NCBI RefSeq assembly: GCF_003838195.1 | Contig: NZ_RCBY01000026.1 | Span: forward strand, 1-53,507 | Source: Okeania hirsuta | GTDB taxonomy: Bacteria > Cyanobacteriota > Cyanobacteriia > Cyanobacteriales > Microcoleaceae | Reading direction: 5' to 3' | DNA length: 53,507 bases | Part shown: positions 33,213 to 42,042 of the stretch, in pieces | How the letters are laid out: every line of letters starts with the position of its first letter | Position numbering within the stretch: the stretch's first letter is position 1 | Notes under the pieces: generated by a model | Databases searched by the model: none | Told to the model about the DNA's origin: nothing | The model's input: the letters and a program-made list of their open reading frames with translations, nothing else | Position numbers and translations under genes: made by a program

Positions 33213-33410
33213 GCCTCCAGTTTTAAGGGGATAAAAAGCGGTCGTTTGCGGAGCATGACCTTAGGATGGGATGGCGATCTTCGGAGCGGCTCTGATAAGA
33301 GCGGGTCTCCTCGCCATATCCATGAGACCAAGAGAAGAAAAAATTTCATGATTAGTCAATCCTATCCGTTTTCAAGGAGAGGTAATTCTAAATTCTTAAT
33401 TCTAAATTCT
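33213..33410 (+). repeat. ~195-bp direct repeat, copy 1 (contains CTCTGATAAGAGCGGGTCTCCTCGCCATATCCATGA and AAGGAGAGGTAATTCTAAATTCTTAATTC)
   Basis: About 85% identical to 33527-33726. Partial relatives at 45640-45790 and 5427-5500 (reverse). Confidence 0.7.
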
Positions 33411-33526
33411 TAATTCTTGAACTCTCTTTGGCCAAGTTCTTTACATTGGACAAGTTTTTTCGCACTTTCAGGCGTTTTATCCCCTCAATCCATTTTTTTA
33501 ATCTTTTTTTACCAAATAATTAAGGT

Positions 33527-33726
33527 TTAAAGCCTCTCCTTTGAAGGAGAAACAAGCGGTCCTCTTCGGAGCTTCCCGTAGGGTGGGATGGCGCAATTCG
33601 GGGCAGCTCTGATAAGAGCGGGTCTCCTCACCATATCCATGATACCAAGAGAAGAAAAAATTTTCATGATTAGTCAATCCTATCCGTTTTCAAGGAGAGG
33701 TAATTCTAAATTCTTAATTCTTGAAA
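33527..33726 (+). repeat. ~195-bp direct repeat, copy 2
   Basis: See copy 1. Confidence 0.7.
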
Positions 33727-33779
33727 GATACCCTCTAGTAATTAGTATTAGAAGGTAGAGAGTTGAAGGATCATACAAT

Positions 33780-34724
33780 TCAAATATCTTGTCTATTTCT
33801 AGCATCTAAAAATTTTAATTGTTGATACAACATCCCAATTTTATTTAGCTGAATATCTGCTGCACCTGCCATTCGTAAAGGGTTGCCAATAATACTTTCT
33901 ATTTCTAAAGGTTGTCGTCGCTCATAATCAATTTTCATGCTAGTTAAATAAGGGTTTAACTTGTCAGTATGGTCTAACATATTTTGAATATAACTATTTG
34001 GAATTTCGCACTTACAACTTTTTGCACCCTCCAATACTTCTTGCATTATTTCTGTGATTAAGTTTCTAGTATTAGTATCTCCCATCATTTCATCAGTTCG
34101 AGCATCTAGAATTACTGACAAGCTGTTATAAGGAATATTCCAAACTAATTTTTTCCATCTTTCTTGGAATAAATCTTCACTCAAATTAACTTGTATTCCA
34201 GCACTTTCAAAATCTTGGGAAATTTCACGCATTTTATTAGTAATACCAGCAGGTTGATAATTTGTGGTATATTTTCCGATTCTAATCAAACCATAATCTA
34301 CATGGCGAATATGACCATAACCTATTTTATTAGAAGCAATATTAGATACTCCTCCAATTACTCTTTCCTCACCAACAATTTTGGCTATTTCAGGTTCTGT
34401 ACCCAATCCATTTTGTAAGAGTAAGACAACGTTATTTTCTTGGCACAAAGGTGGGAGTAATTCTGGTAATAAATAGTTTTGCGTTGTTTTTAATGCTACG
34501 AGAATTACATCACATTTTGGCATTTTATTAGTATTGTTATAGGCGTTAATTTGAGGGAGGGTAAAGTCGCCATTTTTGGATTCTATGATTAAGCCATTTT
34601 TGAGAACGTGCTGATAATCACTACGCAGTAAAAAATGAACTTCTAATCCTGCTTTTTGTAGTTTTGCACCGTAAAAACCTCCTAGTGCGCCACTGCCAAT
34701 AATCGCGTAAGTATTTTTTGACAT
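33780..34724 (-). CDS. panE: 2-dehydropantoate 2-reductase (ketopantoate reductase, ApbA/PanE family)
   Basis: N-terminal Rossmann motif AIIGSGALGGFYGAKL. Family-typical length. Confidence 0.75.
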   Translation of the reverse strand: MSKNTYAIIGSGALGGFYGAKLQKAGLEVHFLLRSDYQHVLKNGLIIESKNGDFTLPQINAYNNTNKMPKCDVILVALKTTQNYLLPELLPPLCQENNVVLLLQNGLGTEPEIAKIVGEERVIGGVSNIASNKIGYGHIRHVDYGLIRIGKYTTNYQPAGITNKMREISQDFESAGIQVNLSEDLFQERWKKLVWNIPYNSLSVILDARTDEMMGDTNTRNLITEIMQEVLEGAKSCKCEIPNSYIQNMLDHTDKLNPYLTSMKIDYERRQPLEIESIIGNPLRMAGAADIQLNKIGMLYQQLKFLDARNRQDI

Positions 34725-35398
34725 TTTATTGAACTTAAATTCGACTCTGTTTCTATTTTATTGTAAGCATTTCCTACGGAATGCTGCGCAAACAGCTATT
34801 AGCTGTCAGCTCTCAACAACAAGACTCTCTCATATAGGACAGTGTTTAAATTAATATAGACTTTAAGGGCAAGGGAGCTAACTTTTGCAGTAAGACAATT
34901 AATAAAGCTTTTATCGTAAACTAAAAGCAATAGCTAATAGTTATGACTGACCGTTGAATGCTTCAATAAAAGTTTTATTTAAACCCTGTTATTAAGAGCG
35001 AAGTATTAAATTTTTGTACTTCATATACTTGCATTTTGCTGTATTAAACTCAGCTCTATAATTATTTTGTCTGTTCAAATTTTTCAACTTTAATTTTGTT
35101 ACATGAATATTCTTTCCATTATCCACTTTGAAATTTGTCCTAAAGCAAATCTTCCTGCCAATGCTAGGAAAATATAATACAGTAGATTCCAATTTAATGA
35201 GGTACACCAGTTGTGGGCAAGATGCCCGCACTACAAACATTTAATTGTTAATCTCTGTACTTCTTATGGGAGGAATTTGCTGTAATTTATATTTATCACT
35301 CCAGCTTCAGTTTCTAGAATGTTCTGAACAAAGAAAGATAGAAAAAAATAGCAGGCAAAAACAGTACTAAAACTTTAGTTTTAGTGTTTATAAAAGTT

Positions 35399-35485
35399 AT
35401 AGCAGTCGAAGGAAAGGTTAGGACAGATAAAAAATTTAAAACTCAGACAAAGCAATATTTTTCTTTATTCCCTCTTCCTTCTACT
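35399..35485 (+). repeat. Dispersed repeat GTCGAAGGAAAGG...AAAACTCAGACAA[AC]GCAATATTTTTC followed by TTCCTTC heptamers (copy 1 of 3)
   Basis: Copies at 36888-36990 and 50457-50565. Confidence 0.65.
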
Positions 35486-35511
35486 ATGCACCAATTCCTG
35501 AAAATAATGCT

Positions 35512-35952
35512 CTACTTATATTCATTGTTAATTTTTGAATAACTAGGAAAACTCAATAACCATTTCCTCATTTCATCAGATAATTTTTGCCTACTTCTAC
35601 TTTGAGGATGAATACAAACGTGCTTCGTAATAGCTCTCGCCACCCACTTATCTCCTGCCTCTTTTAAAAAGACTTGATAGAAAATTTCAAACTCATCATC
35701 TCCCCAATTTTTAGGCATTAATTCAATAGTTAACTCATCTCCACAAAACATCGGGCGACGAAAATCAACATTAGCATGAATAATCGGAATAGCCATTTCT
35801 TGATTACTAAAAAAGACTTTCAGATTAATACCAAATTCTCCTAAAGATGCCTCATAAGCTTCATGGCACATTGCTAAAACATTAGCAAAATAAACCACTC
35901 CAGCAGCATCGGTATCTTGAAAATGAACTATTCTTGTATAGTAAAAAGACAT
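35512..35952 (-). CDS. hotdog-fold acyl-CoA thioesterase (YbgC/4HBT family; possibly the DHNA-CoA thioesterase type)
   Basis: FQDTDAAGVVYFANVL...CHEAYE motif block. Confidence 0.6.
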   Translation of the reverse strand: MSFYYTRIVHFQDTDAAGVVYFANVLAMCHEAYEASLGEFGINLKVFFSNQEMAIPIIHANVDFRRPMFCGDELTIELMPKNWGDDEFEIFYQVFLKEAGDKWVARAITKHVCIHPQSRSRQKLSDEMRKWLLSFPSYSKINNEYK

Positions 35953-36059
35953 TTATAAAGATAGGTTTAATAGTTAAGTTGAAGAAAGTTTTAGGTGGAA
36001 GCTTTTAGGTTCAATTGAAGATTTAATTCCAAGCAATTTATAGATACTGTGAAAACGGT

Positions 36060-36890
36060 CATATTTTCTATACCTATAACCTACAACCTGCCATCTACCA
36101 CTTAAGGAAGGATAAGGACAATAAATCATATATTCAGGAATTAGGGATTTTTGAGTTCTAAACGCTACATATCTGTAACGTTATAGTTTTTGTTTCCTAT
36201 ATATAGTGTCTTTACCTAAATATCGATCGCCTAACACCTACCACTAAAGCAAAGGTAGGGATAATAAATCATATATTTAAGAATTAGGGATTTTTAATTT
36301 CTAAACACTACATATCTATAACGTTATAGTTTTTGTTCTCTATATATAGTTTCTTTACCTAAATAGAGTAGGAACAATTAATCATAATATTCAGGAATTA
36401 GGGATTTTTGAGTTCTAAACACTACATATCTGTAACGTTATAGTTTTTGTTTCCTATATATAGTGTCTTTACCTAAATATCGATCGCCTAACACCTACCA
36501 CTAAAGCAAAGGTAGGGATAATAAATCATATATTTAAGAATTAGGGATTTTTAAGTTCTAAACGCTACATATCTGTAACGTTATAGTTTTTGCTCTCTAT
36601 ATATAGTGTACTTGCCTAAATTTTGATAATCTAACACCTACCACTAAAGCAAAGGTAGGGATAATAAATCATATATTTAAGAATTAGGGATTTTTAAGTT
36701 CTAAACGCTACATATCTGTAACGTTATAGTTTTTGCTCTCTATATATAGTGTACTTGCCTAAATTTTGATAATCTAACACCTACCACTAAAGCAAAGGTA
36801 GGGATAATAAATCATATATTTAAGAATTAAGGATTTTTGAGTTCTAAACACTACAGATATGTAACGTTATAGTTTTTGCTCACTATATAT
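36060..36890. repeat. Tandem array of about 6 units of 128-144 bp (two identical 143-bp units at 36488-36773), each with two hairpins
   Basis: Units start CTAACACCTACCACTAAAGCAAAGGTAGGG at 36231, 36487, 36631 and 36774. Each contains CCTACC...GGTAGG and TAACGTTA stems and a TATATATAGTGTCTTTACCTAAAT segment related to the MITE TIR. Confidence 0.85.
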
Positions 36891-36990
36891 AGTAGTTGAA
36901 GCAAAGGGTGCGGACATATCAAAAGCTTAAAACTCAGACAACGCAAGATTTTTCAGTCCTTAGCTCCTTCCTTCTTTCTTTTCTGAACAA
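36888..36990 (+). repeat. Dispersed repeat (copy 2 of the 35399 family)
   Basis: ...AAAGGGTGCGGACATATCAAAAGCTTAAAACTCAGACAACGCAAGATTTTTC + TCCTTC heptamers. Confidence 0.65.
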
Positions 36991-37059
36991 TGAACAATAC
37001 TAAATTTGATTGTAGTAATTGTTCATTGAACATTCATCAGGACTAATTTTGTAATTAAA

Positions 37060-37506
37060 TTAACCCTTATTTTTAATCATCATTACATCAATAATATTAG
37101 TAGCTACTGCTTCAGAAATTTCCAAAGCATTATATAACTCATTCAAAAGTTGTTCCTCCTCTTCAGCAAGGTCTCCATCTACTAAAACCAAGTCTGTACT
37201 AACAGCAAAAACTGTTTCCCTTAACTCCTTTGGAAGTTTAGCAACTGCAGCATCAAACAAAGGCTTAATTTCTTGATTTTTAATCATATCGAGAAGACGG
37301 TCTTGCATTTCTGTTTTACGTTCTTTTGGATAATCACTAAACAGTTGCATACGAGAGAAAATATTATTAATACCTTGAGATTCACTCTTAGTAATAACAC
37401 CATCAGCAGCAACAGCAATTAAAGCGATCGCTGCAAAAGCTTCTGCCGGTTCTAATTGAATATCAGTAGCTTGTATTGTTGTTGTTCCTTGATCGAAAAG
37501 ACCCAT
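37060..37506 (-). CDS. TerB-domain (tellurite-resistance TerB-like) protein
   Basis: 148 aa, acidic, helical, with a TerB-like pattern (AAIALIAVAADGVITKSESQ...). Confidence 0.5.
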   Translation of the reverse strand: MGLFDQGTTTIQATDIQLEPAEAFAAIALIAVAADGVITKSESQGINNIFSRMQLFSDYPKERKTEMQDRLLDMIKNQEIKPLFDAAVAKLPKELRETVFAVSTDLVLVDGDLAEEEEQLLNELYNALEISEAVATNIIDVMMIKNKG

Positions 37507-37620
37507 TTTAGTACCTCATTAATGATTTTTTTACCATCTCTATTTTGGAAAAATATTAGGTGTTATTAAATAAGTTTTAGATTGAATCTACAACCTAAAA
37601 TTTACCACCTACTACCTTCT

Positions 37621-38976
37621 TCAATACTTCTCAAAAACTGTTAAATTAGCTTTGAGAAAATCAATAAATTGTCGTGCCGTTCGCCCAGAGCGACCATTAT
37701 ATTTCGTAGCCCATTGTAAAGCTTGATAGTCTAAATCTTCAGGATTTAGATTAATTTTTGCCTGTTTTGCCAGATGTCTAACAATTGTTAAATAAGTATC
37801 CTGGTTAGCAGGTTCAAAAGTTAAAGTTAAGCCAAAGCGATCGCTAAAAGAAAGCTTTTCTTGAACTGTATCCCAATTATGAACCTCATCACTATCTTTT
37901 GGGCGAGGGCGATCGTTAAAAAATTCTCTAATTAAATGCCTTCTATTTGATGTAGCATAGACTACCACATTTGTTGGTCTAGCAGTTAAATTACCCTCTA
38001 AAACAACTTTAAGAGCTTTAAAAGTATCATCATCTTCTTCAAAGGAAAGGTCATCGACAAAGATAATAAATTTTTGTGGAATATCGCGTAATTTTTCTAC
38101 AATTAATGGTAAATCTTTTAGGTTTGATTTAGCCACTTCGACTAAACGAAGATTGCGTTGACTATACTCATTTAATAAGGCTTTTATTAAAGAGGATTTG
38201 CCAGAACCGCGACTACCATAAAGTAATATATTAAGGGCTGAATATCCTGCTAGGAGAAATTCTGTATTTTTGATTAAGGCATCTTTTTGAAATTCATATC
38301 CGACCAATTCTTTTAATTCAACTGGGTCAGGGTAAGTAATAGTAAGTAGTTGACCGTTACGCCATTCAAAGGCAATTGATTCAGCAAATAAACCAGTGCC
38401 ATTATGATGATAATGAGTGGCTAAGGTCTCAATGGCATCTGCCCAATTTTCTAATTTTTTTAACTCGTCGTAGATAGCTTCTTTTTGTTGTGATTGTATT
38501 TCCCACGCAATAGGGGGATTCTCTAATTTAGCTATTGTTTTTACCCACTGACTAATTGTTTTACCACTGCACTGATAAAGATTTTGTAAAATTTGTAAAT
38601 CATGTTTTGCAGCTGCAATTAAATTTGGAGATAGGCTGGTAATATTTATTTTTTGAACTTGTTGACTAAAGGGATTATCATCTTGAATAATCTGAGCAAT
38701 TAGATATTCTTGCCAGGAAATATTTTGACTAGCAATATTTATAAACCAGTTACCATAAGCTTGAAGGCATTCTATAGCAACTCCATCATTTTTAGACAAA
38801 GATTCTAATAATTGGATAAAAGCTTCACCCACTGTTTTTTTTAGAACAGACTGATATAACAATAGAGATGCTATTTGCTGTTGTAAGTTTTGAATTTTGG
38901 CTAACACTTGGGAACCTAAACAAGACATAATTAATGATATGATTGCCTTATTAAATAAAGGATCAGCACTTAGCAC
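37621..38976 (-). CDS. AAA+ ATPase of the DUF815 / COG2607 type
   Basis: P-loop LLYGSRGSGKSSLIKAL; Walker B IIFVDDLSFEEDD. Confidence 0.6.
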   Translation of the reverse strand: MLSADPLFNKAIISLIMSCLGSQVLAKIQNLQQQIASLLLYQSVLKKTVGEAFIQLLESLSKNDGVAIECLQAYGNWFINIASQNISWQEYLIAQIIQDDNPFSQQVQKINITSLSPNLIAAAKHDLQILQNLYQCSGKTISQWVKTIAKLENPPIAWEIQSQQKEAIYDELKKLENWADAIETLATHYHHNGTGLFAESIAFEWRNGQLLTITYPDPVELKELVGYEFQKDALIKNTEFLLAGYSALNILLYGSRGSGKSSLIKALLNEYSQRNLRLVEVAKSNLKDLPLIVEKLRDIPQKFIIFVDDLSFEEDDDTFKALKVVLEGNLTARPTNVVVYATSNRRHLIREFFNDRPRPKDSDEVHNWDTVQEKLSFSDRFGLTLTFEPANQDTYLTIVRHLAKQAKINLNPEDLDYQALQWATKYNGRSGRTARQFIDFLKANLTVFEKY

Positions 38977-39391
38977 TCAGCAATTAGTAGGAGCATTTTT
39001 TTTAGGTTTATAAGGGGATTTCAACTCCTACTAAACTATCTGAAACAATATTTGTTAGAGATTTTAACCCAAACTCAAAAAACTTTATAATAGCTGATAG
39101 CTTACCACTGGATACTTACCTATTTCTTTGGCGTAATGTAAATCTATGTAATTCTATAATAAATTTTACTCTTTGTAGTTATAAACCACTATTTTTTTAC
39201 ATTTACTTAAGATGCAATTTAAGATCGAGAAATATTTCAAAAAATGTTATTGAATAGTTGAAAATTTCATTTTTAATCATAGTTTAATAATTATTGAATC
39301 TTGATTAAGCAATATTAAGTTTTGATAAATTGGCTAGCTATTGCCACAAATAAGCTGTATAAGTTAGTTTTAGTTTTAGGAGTTAATAATA

Positions 39392-39730
39392 ATGACTATA
39401 AATATCGCCATAATAGCAGCGATCGCCTATGGTATATTAGCCATTGTTGGGGGCATTATTGGATATACGAAAGTAGGCAGCAAAATATCTTTAATATCTG
39501 GTAGTATCAGTGGTTTACTACTAATTGTTAGTGGAATTATTCAACTAATGGGCATGAATTGGGGTCTAATATTTTCTACCCTCATTACAACTATTCTAGT
39601 AATTACATTCATTATTCGTTTAGCAAAAACTCGTAAAATGATGCCTGCGGGATTAATGATTTTAACTGGAGTTGCTGCTGTAGCAGTTATGGTTTATGAA
39701 ATTACCATAAACAATTCAGCCACAATTTAA
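39392..39730 (+). CDS. small 4-TM membrane protein (TMEM14/UPF0136-like)
   Basis: GGIIGYTKVGSKISLISGSISGLLL pattern. Four hydrophobic segments. Confidence 0.5.
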   Translation: MTINIAIIAAIAYGILAIVGGIIGYTKVGSKISLISGSISGLLLIVSGIIQLMGMNWGLIFSTLITTILVITFIIRLAKTRKMMPAGLMILTGVAAVAVMVYEITINNSATI

Positions 39731-40185
39731 AAAGAAACGTAAGTATTTAGCCGTCAGCTTTCAGCTCCATTAGAACTAATGACTATAGCCTTTAAAGCAG
39801 AAGTTACCATTGACAGATTTTATCTAATTAAAAATATGAATTAAAAGTTTCCCTAGTAACTTCTAAAGTCTTAAAAAATGCTTACTTCATTTATTAATCA
39901 AGATGAGAGCTGACCACTAATCACTGTTTGTGGAGCATTCAGGCACGGAAATCCTTATACCAATTTCATAAACTTGAGCTACTTAGGTTTGGAGTAGTCA
40001 GTAGTCAGTAGTCAGTAGTCAGGAGGTAAGGTGAGTAGCCTTACTTTTTGAATTTGGTATTACAAAGAAACAAAGAATATGGAAGAGATAAAAAAGTAGA
40101 AACTTGCTCAATAGACATATAGATATCTCCAGAAAAGAGATAACAGGTAACAGGAAGAAATAATAGAAATCATCAATTATTTCTC

Positions 40186-40240
40186 CCTACTCCCCTACTC
40201 CCCTACTCCCTGCTCCCTACTCCCTACTCCCTAAATTGGG
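40186..40240. repeat. STRR array (CCCTACT heptamers)
   Basis: Direct reading. Confidence 0.8.
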
Positions 40241-40342
40241 ATTAATCAACCCATTAGCCGTACCAAAAAGATTAATTGGACTCTTACCATCAGTAATTAA
40301 AACACTCTGAAGACCAAGCCCCTACAACAACCTCGCCTGCAT

Positions 40343-41979
40343 TTATGGGCCAGCTTGAGCGATCGCCCGAATTGTCTCAGCCCCCAAAGCCTCCACTTTT
40401 TGCTGAAACTCAGTAGCAGTAATTTCAGCCATTTGCCTTGCCTTCTCAATCTCTAAATTATTCAGTGTCTGCTGATGGGCTAACTCAGTCTCCTGACGCG
40501 CCCTCAACTGAGCCATCTCAGCCTCATGGCGAATCCGTGCTGCTTCTACTTCCTGCTGCGCCAAATTCACCGCCAACTGGCCTTGAAAAGGAGATAACAT
40601 ATAAGCTTGAGGTCCATTGACTAATTTTAGTTCCCCACTTTGAACATCCCGTACATATATACCTTCATTTTTGTCTAGGGGAATAGCCTGAAGTTTTTCT
40701 AATACTTCTAATTCCACTGGGGGAATATAATCTCTTGGCCCAGTAATCATCCATAAATCTCCTGGTTGCCGAGTAATAACGTTTGCTCCTGTTCCCTCGG
40801 TGAAAGTTTCCTCAACTCTGATTAGGAGTGCTTCTTGTTCACCAAGAATATAGACCTTTTTAATTCCTGTTTCTAAATCTTCTCCTGGGTGCAAAAAGAA
40901 AGATGTTCTGCCCTGACGCACTTCTTTCATACCCCACTGCGGTTTACCATCTGCATCTATGGGATTAGTTACTATGCACCATTCGCGATCGCTTAAAGTA
41001 GTGATTTTGACTTCTCCCACTACTTCTTCATAAACGTCGGGAATATGAATTTCAGCATCTGCAAAAGTAACTAACTATTCATATCCCGCTTTGCGTTGCT
41101 GACCAAAAATATCAGTAAAAGTCCGTTTTGCTTTTAGATGTAGTGCTTGACGTTCGGTTAATACATAGGCATCAATAGTATCGACAATTTCTTCATCTAC
41201 TCCAGGCAAATAAGCACCTTCTTCCCTGACCAACCATTATTCCCCAGTTCTACGTCTGTTACCTTGACGATCTATACAATTTTGTCGTGCCAGCAGTCGT
41301 AAGGCTTGGTTAGGTTTAATTATTTTAGCTATAACTGTGACTACCACTTCAACTTCTACCCTGGGAGTGTAAGTTCCTGGCCCCTCAAATAACCATTCAT
41401 CCCCTGTCGTACGAGTGACAGTTTGAGACTCTCCTGCAACGATAACTGTATCAGTAAAATCTCGTATTGCTTTGAGACGTAGAGTTTGGTTTGTGTCAAT
41501 TACTTGTAGTTGAGTTACATCTTCTTCGAGTATTTCTCCTGGATATAGTGGGAAAGGGTCTTGAGCAAAGCGAATTTCCAGATCGCCATATTTGAGTCTA
41601 ATTTAACCATACTCATCGGCCACAAGTTGATCTGAACTATAGCAATGTGCGCTGGCATATTTACACATTATTTTTTGTACACCTTTTCTAAAATGCACTT
41701 TGAACTGGGCCTTGTAAATACCTGAGCGCTCATTGCTATATTTCTTAGTACAGGGTTAGCTGCTACACAATAATGGCGAGGTGGAACTACAATTGTCAGT
41801 TGTGGTTGTCAGACTAACCTTTCTGCATCTCCAAGGGTAATGGTTTGAGGGCCTATTTCTAGTCTGATAACACCAGTGTTATTGTCAAGAACATGAATAT
41901 ACTGTTGTGGCTTCAGGAGAATTATACCATTGTTCTCTATTGTAATTGGATATTCTGTGGTACTTTTTATTTTACTCAT
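40343..41979 (-). pseudogene. Major vault protein (MVP) homolog, pseudogenized by four in-frame stops and a 103-bp inverted-repeat insertion
   Basis: Reconstructed frame: MSKIKSTTEYPITIENNGIILLKPQQYIHVLDNNTGVIRLEIGPQTITLGDAERLV*QPQLTIVVPPRHYCVAANPVLRN [insertion] [33 protein letters not shown]...[22 protein letters not shown]...TGE*WLVREEGAYLPGV...KAGYE*LVTFADAEIHIPDVYEEVVGEVKITT... This is MVP-repeat signature throughout. The C-terminus ends TIRAIAQAGP like the vault cap helix. Confidence 0.75.
41638..41740. mobile_element. 103-bp insertion with 16-bp imperfect TIRs (TATAGCAATGTGCGCT / AGCGCTCATTGCTATA) interrupting the MVP reading frame
   Basis: MVP homology is continuous across it once it is removed. 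Its length is not a multiple of 3. Confidence 0.55.
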
Positions 41980-42042
41980 AGTTTAATAGTTTTGTAACTA
42001 GAAATCTTAAGTTATTCATTATCCATTATTAATTATCTCTTA

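Noticed and set aside
36060-36890. Tandem array considered as a CRISPR locus
   Set aside because: Units are 128-144 bp and abut directly with no unique spacers. No cas genes are nearby.
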